The notes beneath the pieces were generated by a model. That model was not told the origin of the DNA, did not search any database, and was given only the letters and a program-made list of their open reading frames with translations. DNA of 64,000 bases, from NCBI GenBank assembly GCA_950097015.1, contig CATNEN010000039.1:4960001-5024000 (forward strand). Reading direction: 5' to 3'. This DNA is from Macrostomum hystrix (lineage: Eukaryota > Animalia > Platyhelminthes). The translations under genes and the position numbers were made by a program. Of this stretch, positions 11,148-23,967 are shown one piece after another. Position 1 is the stretch's first letter. Each line of letters begins with the position of its first letter.

Positions 11148-12865
11148 GCCTAAACCAACTCTCAATTTGGATGGCTAGGCACTATTGCTGGTTAATTTTC
11201 AAACAGGCCTAGTGGGTCTAATCACACTGGCAATGCAACACTGCACATGTTACATGTATGGCACAGGTGTTGGTGTCTAGTAAAAGTAGGGAATTGCAGC
11301 AGTGGGGCTGTTTAGTCGTATAGTGTAGCATGGCCAATTATGCACAGGCCAAGGGTGGTGTTAGCCTTTGTGCAACATACTTTTGATACTTATGCTTAGG
11401 CATAGTTAATAGGAAATGTTTATTTATTGATATAGGCCTAATAGCTAAGCCTAGCTAGTTAAGTGGTGTCATTTCTTTAGCTAAAGTGCCGAAAAAAAGA
11501 TGTCCGGGCAAAGGGCGCGCGAATTCAGTTTCGTATATCCCAGCTAGAGGATTCAATTTGTGGCCTTAAAAGGACAGACATAGTATTGGCAAATAATATT
11601 TACGTGTGCAATGAGTTAGTGACTAGCTCATGGTATTTGGTAGTAAAAAATTATGAATTTGCCAATTGCGTGTCTCTAGTCACACATTTTTAGAAATTTA
11701 ACTGATGAAAGGTAGGAAATGATAAAAAACGGATTCTTATTGATATGAAAACAAAATAAATAAAATCAAATAGTTAAGCACATTTTTAACCTGTGTTGTA
11801 ACTACGACTGCGATCCGATCCTATCCTAATGTAGTTTTTCGAGATTTTAATCTGCTGCTGCTTTCTAAGAACAGAACTTTCAAATCATTAGTTTTCAAAA
11901 AAACTTTTTCAGTTTCTACTAGAAGCTGTATTAAAGAATTAATAATATTTCAATAATTTTTTTTTTAAATTTCATATAACAATCACTAGTTTAAAAAGCT
12001 AAACCTTTTAACTGAATTGAATATTTAATATTACGAAGTCGAAAGGACCGAATTCGTGAACGTGCTCTACTGCTTTTCTATTATTGCATGGAAGTCTGGC
12101 GCTACTGTGATCTTAAACACCATTAGATCGAAGCAGCCAACTGAAGCCAAAATGAGCCCAAGAACGTATAGTTTTCTGTAGACAATGTCTATAATAATAT
12201 TTATACTAAGGGACTACTAAAAGTACGTACAGTCCTTGATTTATACACTGTTATACTTAAACGGGATTGGCGGTGCGAGAACGAGAGTGCTGACTCGGGT
12301 AAGAAAAAGAGCCATCGCAGTGCCAAAGAGCCATCGACAACAACTTCAATCAGCACTGGTCCGGCAAGTAGTGCGCCCACACGCAGTACTATCGAGAAGA
12401 ACCCCTGGTAGCAGGCCAACACCGACCGTCTGGCGCACATCCGGCAAGTCAGGATCTACACTCGCCTGTGCTCACCAGACTGTCGAGCTGGTTTGTTTGT
12501 CTGTTTGATCGTTATTTTGAAAAAATGTTTGGCTGTTTGATCGCTAGATTTTTTGCCTTCCTAATTCTCGTTTTGATTGCGCTTTTTCTCATTTTGAATG
12601 TCCTTAACTCTATGGCCGAATAGCTGAGCAGCGCGTGGGAGACACATCCGATGGCATGAGAGCAGACATTATAATTTTGAATGTCCAAATTATCATTTAG
12701 ATTGACAATAGCGATATTGATACTAACTGAAACGCAAACAGCTAATAGTATGGCACGGAATATATGAATATGGATATGTATATGCATATGAATATATACG
12801 AGTATATAAAGATTTTGTGAAGCATACCAAGGTCCCTCCCTAACACACATCAGAGAACACATTTA

Positions 12866-13054
12866 GGGCCCAGCCACGGAGAGAAGGCTTGGGGGTTAGT
12901 GGAAAAATTCAAGTCATTTGAGTGCCAAGTCCCCAACGCACAAAGAGAGTGTACTCTGCCTGACGATGAGAAAGTCAGACCCGATTTACACACGCACCCG
13001 TGAGAGTGCGCCTCCTTTATGGTCGATTTTCGTAATATGATGCGGTCCCTACGA

Positions 13055-13088
<34 letters not shown>
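12866..13088 (+). mobile_element. 5'-truncated degenerate SINE family A copy with (ATT)n tail
   Basis: CAGCCACGGAGAGAAGGCTTGGGGG and CTGCCTGACGATGAGAAAGTCAG match 24586-24948; ends in (TTA)n. Confidence 0.75.
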
Positions 13089-13091
<3 letters not shown>

Positions 13092-13410
13092 ATAGAATTA
13101 TTACTGTTTTTAGGTTTTTTTCGATTTATACAAGTTTCCGAGTTGATATAAAAAGGAACAGCCGTACGACGGAGTCTTTCTTTTTTAGATCGAAAAAAGC
13201 AAGCCAGAGCTTCATAGCTTTATTTAGTGGCAAATCATTGAATCTCTCTGGACACGAAACTCCACTTATGTCTAGGCAGCTTTGAGAACTATGCTCACAA
13301 TAAAAAATAACAGAGACTGCAAAATACGAGTGATGCGAGGTTGTGTCTGCTATTTGAACAGTTGCCATAGCAACAGCAGAAGCAAAGCGCACAATACGCT
13401 AAAGAAGTAA

Positions 13411-15217
13411 CTAGGCAGACGCGGGCTCAGAGCCGGCAGCCGCTGTCCGGTCACTCCGAGCCACCGCAGCCACGGCGGGCCGGAGCTCCAGGCCTGCGTG
13501 AATGCCGCAGGCGGCAGCCAGGCCTGAAAGAGTCGACACGTGTTTCAACGGCTGGGCGACGGCGCCGATGACCAACGGCAGGCGCCAGCCGAACAGGGCC
13601 AGGCAGGCGACGTCGTAGACGGCCCAGCCGGCCAGCACAGCCGAGCAGGCGCCCGGCCGCAGGTCCAGAAGGAACCGCTGGGCGGATCTGGACATGCCGC
13701 CGAGCTGTCGCTGACCGGCCTGGTCACCGGATGCCAGCTGCTGGGCGATGCCGGCGTCCCGACGCCAGGAGAGCACCAGCAGGCCGACTAGCACTGCAAT
13801 GCCAGCGTGGGCGCCGTACCAGTGACTGATAACTGGTAGCCGGGGACTGGCCTTGCTGAAAGTCGCCAATCGCTGATAGGCTGCGCGGCCAGCCGAGCCG
13901 GCCAACGCGCCGGTGACGAAGGCTAGAACCTGGCGGGGCGAAAAGCAAATTCACGATGAACTAATTTTTAAAGCCATCGGACGTCAACCTCGTCGAGATA
14001 TTCAGCGATTTTTGTCGATTCAAAAATCTAAGTCCATCTGTTGTAGGGACTCAGTTTTGTTCTCAGCATCCTAGCCGGCGACAGTCGGGACCTTCAACAA
14101 AAGCAGCCGTCTTTGAGATGCAGATCGGATGATTTTGCTAAAGGTTCCGACGGTGACTTAAAACAGTCTTAAAAAACGGTCTTCTTACTTTTTCTTCAGG
14201 CGAGAAGCCAAAATACTGCACGCTCAGCAGGTACATTGCACAGGCTGCCAGAAGGAATTCGGAGCCGTGCATTGAGCAAAATGAGCTCAGCCAGGGTGAG
14301 GTGAGCAGAGCCGACCTAAGAAAGTGATGCGTGTGAGTACAGACATTATTGGGGTAGACAGACTGGGGCAGTGGGGTAGACAGTGGGCAGTGGGATAGAC
14401 AGTGGGCATTGGGATAGACAGTGGGCAGTGGGGAAGACACAGGGTTGGGCAGTGGGGAAGACACAGGGTTGGGCAGTGGGGTAGACAATGGGCAGTGGGG
14501 TAGACAGTATGGGGTAGACACAGGGTTGGGCAGTGGGGTAGACACAGGGTTGGGCAGTGGTCACTGAGCAGACGGGGTTTGGCCGAACCTGCCGGGCTGG
14601 TCGAAGACGTGCCGACAAAGCTTGGCGAGGGTGGCTGCGGACATTCGCTTGGAGCGCAGCAGGTTGCCGAGGGCCAGGCTGACAGTGAAGAAGATCAGGC
14701 AGGGAGCCGCAAGCCGCAGGTCACGCAGCAGCCGCTCGGCTCCGTCGAGGGTGGCGTCGGCGTGGTCGGCGTAGCCGAAGTCGAATGGAGCAAATGCTAG
14801 CAGCGGCTGCTGCTGCTGTTGCTGATTGCTGTCGTCATTCGAAGCGGAGTCGCTAACGAGACTCTGTCGATATTGATCGCGACGCTCGCCAACAACGAGG
14901 CAGAGAAGGCCGCCAGCAGCTAGGGCGGCGGCGAAACGAGCGGCCAGTTGAATGGCACCGCTGCCTCCGCTGCCCGCTGAAGGCGCCGAAATCGGCGTCA
15001 GCGGAGACTCCGGCAGCTGAGCAATGCGTATGATGAAGGACTTCGCTGGCTGGTCGGTTGTAGAGGGACTGCGAATCTTGGCAGGCGACGGTTTCAGACC
15101 TCGGCGACTGGGCCGGAGCAGGGGAAGCAGCAGAGGCTGCGACTGCTGACTATTCGAAGGCGAGACGGCTACGTTGAATAGGCGACTGCGACAGCTTCGG
15201 CAAAGGACGAAGGCCAT
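13411..15217 (-). CDS. PARL-like rhomboid paralogue with a non-canonical active site (probable pseudoprotease); join(15217..14565, 14315..14189, 13929..13411), about 432 aa
   Basis: Arg/Ser-rich presequence-like N-terminus; colinear with the neighbouring rhomboid (APCLIFF/VPCVVVL, FDQPG/VDKPG, SPWLSSF/SPLGAAF, GAHAGI/GASGVI, LKHVSTLSG/LNHAAHLGG). Splice phases are consistent. The first donor could instead be near 14588. Confidence 0.7.
14351..14560. repeat. 19/24-bp G-rich minisatellite in a PARL-like-2 intron
   Basis: GGGCAGTGGGGTAGACA(CAGGGTT) units. Confidence 0.85.
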
Positions 15218-15219
15218 TA

Positions 15220-15371
15220 GGGAGGTGTGCCAGTCTGTAACTTGAAATTTCAGGGAAGTGTGCCAGTCTGTAACTTGAAGTTTCAGGGAGGTGTGCCAGT
15301 CTGTAACTTGAAGTTTCAGGGAGGTGTGCCAGTCTGTAACTTGAAGTTTCAGGGAGGTGTGCCAGTCTGTA
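15220..15371. repeat. 33-bp tandem repeat (about 4.5 copies) directly upstream of the PARL-like-2 ATG
   Basis: GGGAGGTGTGCCAGTCTGTAACTTGAAGTTTCA; each unit contains TTACAG on the minus strand. Confidence 0.92.
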
Positions 15372-15763
15372 AAAACTGTGCACTCTAAAACAGAAAAACG
15401 AGTTAGTAGTACATAATGAAATAACAAAGCCAGATACAATGGCAAGTAGATTCGTCATAAAGAAAATAACACAACTATTTTATAAGTCTACTATGCCGTT
15501 ATTCATCAATGGGGCTTTTAACTTAACTCTTTTATTCGCTCGTGTTTATCAGGCGAAAAAACACAGACATGTAGTAGATCTAATCAGCACTAGTTAGATT
15601 TAGAAAACTAGAAAACACAAACAAATCAAATGCTGCAGTGAACAGACAATACTACTACTGCGAGTAGTTAGCCAACGTACTCAGCTACTCATCTATTCAG
15701 ATCATTTAACCTGTTTTTTTCACTAACGTGTAGAGGCACATGACTGTAAAAATGACAAAATTC

Positions 15764-17433
15764 GGGAAGAGACGGGGGAGAGGAAGATGAGAAGGGGAAG
15801 ATCTGATAAGAGACGGGGGAGAGAAAGATGAGAAGGGGAAGATCTGATAAGAGACGGGGGATAGAAAGATGAGAGGGGGAAGATCTGATAAGAGACGGGG
15901 GAGAGAAAGATGAGAAGGGGAAGATCTGATAAGAGACGGGGGATAGAAAGATGAGAGGGGGAAGATCTGATAAGAGACGGGGGAGAGAAAGTTGAGAAAG
16001 TGAAGATCTGATAAGAGACGGGGGAGAGAAAGATGAGAAGGGGAAGATCTGATAAGAGACGGGGAAGAGGAAGATGAGAAGGGGAAGTTCTAAGATGAGA
16101 CGGGGGAGAGAAAGATGAGAAGGGGAAGATCTGATAAGAGACGGGGATAGAAAGATGAGAGGGGGAAGATCTGATAAGAGACGGGGGAGAGAAAGATGAG
16201 AAGGGGAAGATCTGATAAGAGACGGGGGAGAGAAAGATGACAAGGGGGAAGATCTGATAAGAGACGGGGGAGAGAAAGATGAGAAGGGGAAGATTTGATA
16301 AGAGACGGGGGAGAGGAAGATGAGAAGGGGAAGTTCTAAGATGAGACGGGGGAGAGAAAGATGAGAAGGGGAAGATCTGATAAGAGACGGGGGAGAGAAA
16401 GATGACAAGGGGAAGATCTGATAAGAGACGGGGGAGAGAAAGATGAGAAGGGGAAGATCTGATAAGAGACGGGGGATAGAAAGATGAGAAGGGGAAGATC
16501 TGATAAGAGACGGGGGAGAGAAAGATGAAAAGGGGAAGATCTGATAAGAGACGGGGGAGAGAAAGATGAGAAGGGGAAGATCTGATAAGAGACAGGGATA
16601 GAAAGATGAGAGGGGGAAGATCTGATAAGAGACGGGGGAGAGAAAGATGACAAGGGGAAGATCTGATAAGAGACGGGGGAGAGGAAGATGAGAAGGGGAA
16701 GTTCTAAGATGAGACGGGGGAGAGAAAGATGAGAAGGGGAAGATCTGATAAGAGACGGGGGAGAGAAAGATGACAAGGGGGAAGATCTGATAAGAGACGG
16801 GGGAGAGAAAGATGAGAAGGGGAAGATCTGATAAGAGACGGGGGAGAGGAAGATGAGAAGGGGAAGTTCTAAGATGAGACGGGGGAGAGAAAGATGAGAA
16901 GGGGAAGATCTGATAAGAGACGGGGGAGAGAAAGATGACAAGGGGAAGATCTGATAAGAGACGGGGGAGAGAAAGATGAGAAGGGGAAGATCTGATAAGA
17001 GACGGGGATAGAAAGATGAGAAGGGGAAGATCTGATAAGAGACGGGGATAGAAAGATGAGAAGGGGAAGATCTGATAAGAGACGGGTGATAGAAAGATGA
17101 GAAGGGGAAGATCTGATAAGAGACGGGGATAGAAAGATGAGAAGGGGAAGATCTGATAAGAGACGGGGATAGAAAGATGAGAAGGGGAAGATCTGATAAG
17201 AGACGGGGGATAGAAAGATGAGAAGGGGAAGATCTGATAAGAGACGGGGGAGAGAAAGATGAGAAGGGGAAGATCTGATAAGAGACGGGGGAGAGAAAGA
17301 TGAGAAGGGGAAGATCTGATAAGAGACAGGGATAGAAAGATGAGAGGGGGAAGATCTGATAAGAGACGGGGGAGAGAAAGATGAGAAGGGGAAGATCTGA
17401 TAAGAGACGGGGGAGAGAAAGATGACAAGGGGA
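15764..17433. repeat. 41-bp purine-rich minisatellite between the two rhomboid genes
   Basis: GATCTGATAAGAGACGGGGGAGAGAAAGATGAGAAGGGGAA units. Confidence 0.96.
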
Positions 17434-17560
17434 TAATTTAAGAAAGGAATTTTTTAGAAGCAACGCAAAAAAACAAGAATCGCTAAAGCACAATGATCGA
17501 AGCCAAAAATAATGTTTCTGACAGAAGAAGAAATAGTAGTACAGTCGGCAGCCGGAGCTG

Positions 17561-19241
17561 CTATGCCGAGCCCGACCGACCCTTCAACGGCGGCACAGGA
17601 TGCGCCGACCACAATGCGGCGTGACCCCATAGGGCGTAGGCTGTGCCAAAAGCGATACCGCCAAGGTGAGCCGCGTGATTCAAACGCGGCAGCCGGCTGC
17701 GCCAGACGGCGGCGGACCAGCAGGCGAACTCCGCGGCAGCCCAGGCAGCCAGCCCGCCACCTGGGGTCACCCAGGCAGGCAGAGGCAGAATACCCAGCAA
17801 GGCTAGGCTGGGCTGTTCCGGCTCATTCTCCGGCACCATCCAGATACGCCGGTCCTCGTCAACTGTGAGAACATTGAATGCCACCAGGGCGGAGATGACC
17901 CCGCTGGCGCCGAGACTGTAGACAAACCTGTTAGTCAGGGTCATGGCCAGGGTGCTGCTTAGGCTGCTGAAATAGGCGGCTGACACGAAGAAAGAGACAA
18001 ACTCGCCGGGGCAGAGTTTGCCGATGCAGCTGATGCAGGCGCCGAATAGTACAAACTGGTTGACGATAAAATGACCAACGCTGCGATGACTGAAGGCGGC
18101 GCCAAGCGGGCTGAGCAGAGGCCGGGAGAAGTTCACAGAGGCCGCTCCGAGGCCAGGCTTGTCAACGAAGAGTCGCAGGAACGCCACCACGCCACGCAGC
18201 GGCATTGGTCGACCACCACCGAGACCGAAGCCGAGAGCGGAGCCGAACAGCCGCCAGATGGTGAAGGCACACGAGCTGAACGCCAGGACGACCACGCAGG
18301 GAACCAGCAGCATATGGCGGGACAGACCCTTTAAAAGAATGCGTGCGGCGAAAGATTGCTGATTTTATGGGACCGGGTCAAGCTTGGGATCTGGGATGTC
18401 AATGGGTCAATCTTGGTGATCTGGGATGTCAACGGGTCAATCTTGGTGATCTGGGATGTCAATGGGTCAATCTTGGGGACCTGGGATGTCAACGGGTCAA
18501 TCTTGGGGACCTGGGATGTCAATGGGTCAATCTTGGGATCTGGGATATCGATCCGTCAGGCTTGGGGATCTAGGATGTCAATCTTGGCGATCTGGGATGT
18601 CAACGGGTCAATCTTGGGGACCTGGGATGTCAACGGGTCAATCTTGGGGATCTGGGATGTCAACAGATCAATCTTAGGGATCTGGGATGTCAACGGGTCA
18701 ATCTTGGGGATCTGGGATGTTAATCCTGGGGATCAGAGAAGTCAATGGGTCAATCTTGGGGATCAGGGAGGTCAATGGGTCAAGTTTGGGATCTGAGAAG
18801 TCCACGGGTCAAACTTGGAGATCTAGGATGTCGATCCGTCAAGCTTGGGGATCTGTGGGAGACGCATCTCTTTGGATCTCGCTGCTGGACGCGCACCTGG
18901 ACGCCAAGAAACGGCAGTCGCAGGCTGTTTGGATCCGCCATGCGGGACTGATGCGTCTCCCACAGTCGGCAGATGCCGTAGGCCGATCCTGAAGCCATCA
19001 GCGCCCAGAAGGCCCGACTGCGCCAGGCCGACTGACGGGCGCCATTGCTCAGCTGGTAGGGCGCCAGGTAGGCGCGAGCAAAATCCTTGCCGTCTGTTAC
19101 CACCTTGCCGGTGCGGCGGACCGCCTGGCCGAAGCAGCGACTAGCGGCAGGCAGCGGGTGAGGAGGCCGAGCCGGTAGCCGAAGGATCAGCAGGTGCTGG
19201 CCGGTGCAGGCGCGAGCGACGCTGCGAGCCGAAGACTGCAT
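17561..19241 (-). CDS. PARL: PARL-like mitochondrial rhomboid protease; join(19241..18897, 18358..17561)
   Basis: SLGASG (catalytic Ser), NHAAHLGG (catalytic His), AFSHRSVGHFIVN (L1/TM2), presequence-like N-terminus. Donor CAG|GTGCGC; in-frame acceptor giving exon start 18358 (alternative 18328). Confidence 0.82.
18384..18855. repeat. 30-bp minisatellite in the PARL intron
   Basis: CTGGGATGTCAACGGGTCAATCTTGGGGA(C/T) units. Confidence 0.9.
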
Positions 19242-19371
19242 GCGGCTGGATAGCCAACGGCTGGAATGAAGTTTAAGACAGGTCGTGACAGGTGTTAAAG
19301 TGCTAGAGTAGTACTGCTGCTATTCTATGGTTCTGTTGTCCCCAATGAGACTACATTATCTTAAAAAGCTA

Positions 19372-19752
19372 GACTGAACTGAATGGCTGATAGAGAACTG
19401 GATAGAACTGAATGGCTGATAGAGAACTGGACTGAACTGAATGGCTGATAGAGAACTGGACAGAACTGAATGGCTGATAGAGAACTGGACTGAACTGAAT
19501 GGCTGATAGAGAACTGGACAGAACTGAATGGCTGATAGAGAACTGGACTGAACTGAATGGCTGATAGAGAACTGGACAGAACTGAATGGCTGATAGAGAA
19601 CTGGACTGAACTGAATGGCTGATAGAGAACTGGACAGAACTGAATGGCTGATAGAGAACTGGACAGAACTGAATGGCTGATAGAGAACTGGACAGAACTG
19701 ATTGGCTGATAGAGAACTGGACAGAACTGAATGGCTGATAGAGAACTGGACA
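19372..19752. repeat. 29-bp minisatellite (different family) upstream of PARL
   Basis: GAACTGAATGGCTGATAGAGAACTGGAC(A/T) units. Confidence 0.95.
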
Positions 19753-20995
19753 GTTCTGGGTGAATGCACAATACAGTAGTTGATAAAGACAGAACCTGTA
19801 GGCTATTGTAGGCTTGCTACAGACAAATAAATTAGGTAAAGTAAAGTCGGTCGGTTTAAGGTAAGACTGTCATATAATTTGCCCTTGTGTGTGGGGCTTT
19901 CTTGTGCGGCTGTGCAGCACAAAAATATTAGAAAGATTGTAACAATACAGTAGTAGCGATAGTTGTTAGCAGCAAATGATTAAGCAAAACCGAAACTCAC
20001 TAAACACAATCAATTCAGAACAATGAAAAAACATTTGAGACAGGTTGATAACTGCTTGCAAGATCAATAAGAGTCACCAACAGCCTGAGGCAGCAAATAC
20101 TTTAGCTAATCATAGATGCGTCCTGCTATAACAAGCGAACTGTAACTCTACCTGCAAATGAGTACAGGGAAATAACTGCATCTGATAATCAATCAACTAA
20201 ACTAATCATATTTCATAAATCAGTAAAAATATAAATCTTCAGAATAAAGTATAATAAAGAAATTTTCTTTTCAGCCAGAACAATGAACAAGGAAAAATCA
20301 CCAGAATGAAAATAACAAAGAAAATTTATGTTCAACTATTTTTAATTTGCGCTAAAAAAGATAATTATTATTGCTGCTTTTGTTTTTGAATTCGCTAAGT
20401 TGTTTTAACTGAGTATGGGAACAAATAAATGCTAATGCTGGGCACAGGAACCTTTGTTTTTAGTCACTAAGCAAAACAATTTGCGTCATTAGTTTCGCCA
20501 TGGTGATCCGATTCTGCGCAATGCCCAGCATTAAACTGATTTATCAAAACTGAAAACTGAAGCCCAATAATTTACCAAGCTAATAAGAGGCATACATAAA
20601 AAATTGGTGCATGCGTTCTAGAAAACTAACTAGAAAACAGATGAAACAAAAGTAAAAATTTGTTTAAGATATGTCGCTATTCTAAATTAGCCACTTACAG
20701 GTAAGCTTTATAAAAGGCATCAAATCAAACAACAAATGAGCACTTCAAAATTGAGAAATGGCTTACTAATCAAGAAAGAAATTAGGCATTGATAGAAAAA
20801 ATTGTCTGAATTATTGCAGCTTTTGATTTGCCTGGCACTAAAACAATAAAACAACTCATCACTACATTAAGATGTATTTTAAGACTTAAAGATCATGACA
20901 ACACCTAATATATAATACGAGACACTAAATATTTACGGGAAACGAAACGACACCAAAACTTTGGTAGGCATCGAAGGACTCCATAAGACACTAAT

Positions 20996-21835
20996 AGACA
21001 CCCTAGGACACCACTAGACACCCTAGGACACCACTAGACACCCTAGGACACCACTAGACACCCTAGGACACCACTAGACACCCTAGGACACCATTGGACA
21101 CCATTGGACACAACTAGACACCCTAGGACACCACTAGACACCCTAGGACACCACTAGACACCCTAGGACACCACTAGACACCCTAGGACACCACTAGACA
21201 CACTAGGACACCACTAGACACACTAGGACACCACTAGACACACTAGGACACCACTAGACACCCTAGGACACCACTAGACACCCTAGGACACCACTAGACA
21301 CACTAGGACGCCACTAGACACCCTAGGACACCACTGGACACACTAGGACACCACTAGACACCCTAGGACACCACCGGACACCCTAGGACACCATAGGACA
21401 CCATCGGACACCCTGGAACACCATCGGACACCCTGGAACACCATCGGACACCCTGTGACACCACCAGACACCCTGGCACACCACCAGAAACCATTGGACA
21501 CCACTAGACACCCTGGCACACCACCAGAAACCATAGGACACCACTAGACACCCTGGCACACCACCAGAAACCATTGGACACCACTAGACACCCTGGCACA
21601 CCACCAGAAACCATAGGACACCACTAGACACCCTGGCACACCACCAGAAACCATTGGACACCACTAGACACCCTGGCACACCACCAGAAACCATAGGACA
21701 CCACTAGACACCCTGGCACACCACCAGAAACCATTGGACACCACTAGACACCCTGGCACACCACCAGAAACCATAGGACACCACTAGACACCCTGGCACA
21801 CCACCAGAAACCATTGGACACCACTAGATACCGTA
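20996..21835. repeat. 20-bp minisatellite (10-bp subunits) grading into a 40/80-bp unit
   Basis: CCCTAGGACACCACTAGACA, then CCCTGGCACACCACCAGAAACCAT(A/T)GGACACCACTAGACA. Confidence 0.95.
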
Positions 21836-22592
21836 GGATACCATCAAAGAATATATATGGCAACAAAATACAACTTAAGACCCTTAAATACAGACAATTC
21901 TGAAATTTCAGTGAGTAAATAAAATTAGCAATCAGAGTTAGTCAGTCATGTTGAAGTGCTTTTCGATAGCAAAAATAGAAACCAAAACAAAAAATGTACA
22001 GATTTGCACTTGGCAGCGAACAAAAATCTCAGAGATAAAAAAACGATTGGCAAAGAACAGAAACACCTAGCTGAGGAATCACCATCGAATAAGACTAAAT
22101 AAACCAAGCAAATCAAGCATACGTTGTGGAAAATGTGCATTAATTATCCAAAACTTAAGACAATAGAATATACTATTATGTTTTTGAAGTGGAGTGAGGC
22201 AAAGAACAATGCGCAATGATACTAAAATATAGGAATGTTTAAACAAGTCGCATTTGTGACAATTATTTTCTATGACTCAACTTGGTTTTCAATGCCATTA
22301 AAAACATAAAGAAGGCACGCAGGACCAAAATTACAATGTTATACGAAACAATCAAAGCATTCTTGTCTCTGCTGTGTCCGGCTAAATAACATTTTCTAAA
22401 CTATTGCAGCATAGATTGTTCAAGACGAGATTTAGTAGTTGAAAACAAAAGTTATTGACAGATTTATTGTTTGTAATTTAATATATGATTTACTATAGCT
22501 TCGCTCACAATAGCTATAATTGCCAGCTCAATAAATGAGAATTAACTGATGGAAATTCACAAGATTACAAATTGGAAAGAGGGTAAGTCTCT

Positions 22593-23607
22593 AATCGGGG
22601 AGTCCTCAAGGTCAAACATCCCTATTGGGAAAATCCCGAATCGGGGAGTCCTCAAGGTCAAACATCCGCATTGGGAAAATCCCGAATCGGAGAGTCCTCA
22701 AGGTCAAACATCCGCATTGGGAAAATCCCGAATCGGAGAGTCCTCAAGGTCAAACATCCGCATTGGGAAAATCCCGAATCGGAGAGTCCTCAAGGTCAGA
22801 CATCCGCATTGGGTAAATCCCGAATCGGAGAGTCCTCAAGGTCAAACATCCCTATTGGGAAAATCCCGAATCGGAGAGTCCTCAAGGTCAAACATCCCTA
22901 TTGGGAAAATCCCGAATCGGAGAGTCCTCAAGGTCAGACACACTCATTGGGAAAATCCCGAATCGGAGAGACCTCAAGGTCTGACATCCGCATTGGGTAA
23001 ATCCCGAATCGGAGAGTCCTCAAGGTCAGACATCCGCATTGGGTAAATCCCGAATCGGAGAGTCCTCAAGGTCAAACATCCCTATTGGGAAAATCCCGAA
23101 TCGGAGAGTCCTCAAGTCAAACATCCGCATTGGGTAAATCCCGAATCGGAGAGTCCTCAAGGTCAGACATCCGCATTGGGTAAATCCCGAATCGGAGAGT
23201 CCTCAAGGTCAGACATCCGCATTGGGTAAATCCCGAATCGGAGAGTCCTCAAGGTCAAACATCCCTATTGGGAAAATCCCGAATCGGAGAGTCCTCAAGG
23301 TCAAACATCCCTATTGGGAAAATCCCGAATCGGAGAGTCCTCAAGGTCAGACACACTCATTGGGAAAATCCCGAATCGGAGAGACCTCAAGGTCTGACAT
23401 CCGCATTGGGTAAATCCCGAATCGGAGAGTCCTCAAGGTGAAACATCCGCATTGGGAAAATCCCGAATCGGAGAGTCCTCAAGGTCAGACATCCGCATTG
23501 GGTAAATCCCGAATCGGAGAGTCCTCAAGGTCAAACATCCCTATTGGGAAAATCCCGAATCGGGGAGTCCTCAAGGTCTGACATCCGCATTGGGTAAATC
23601 CCGAATT
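22593..23607. repeat. 46-bp minisatellite
   Basis: AAATCCCGAATCGGAGAGTCCTCAAGGTCAAACATCCGCATTGGGA units. Confidence 0.95.
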
Positions 23608-23967
23608 CGGAACTCCAAATAGAAAAATCCTTTATCGGAGAATCCAAAAGTACCTCTTGAAGTTGGGAATCACCATAAATAAAACACAAATTAGGGTTAT
23701 TTGGGGAATAGGGAAAATCTTCAGACCTTAAGTAGGATATAGAATGAAATGGGAACTTCAAGGCTGAACTATTGCGCAGCAAATTATACAGATAGGTCAT
23801 GATTTTATAAACATAACGCTTCACGTATAATAAAAGTTAAAGCAAATTGTAATGAATTTGAACTATTTTGGACTTATGAACTTCAATTATGTAACAAAAA
23901 ATTCAATACAAAAACTATAAAAAAAATTAAAGATTAACGAAGCACATTGCCTAGTTGAATTCGTCCA

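Noticed and set aside
15689-17493. 579- and 385-aa Ser/Pro/Leu-rich ORFs
   Set aside because: 41-bp array translation with frame-shifting unit variants
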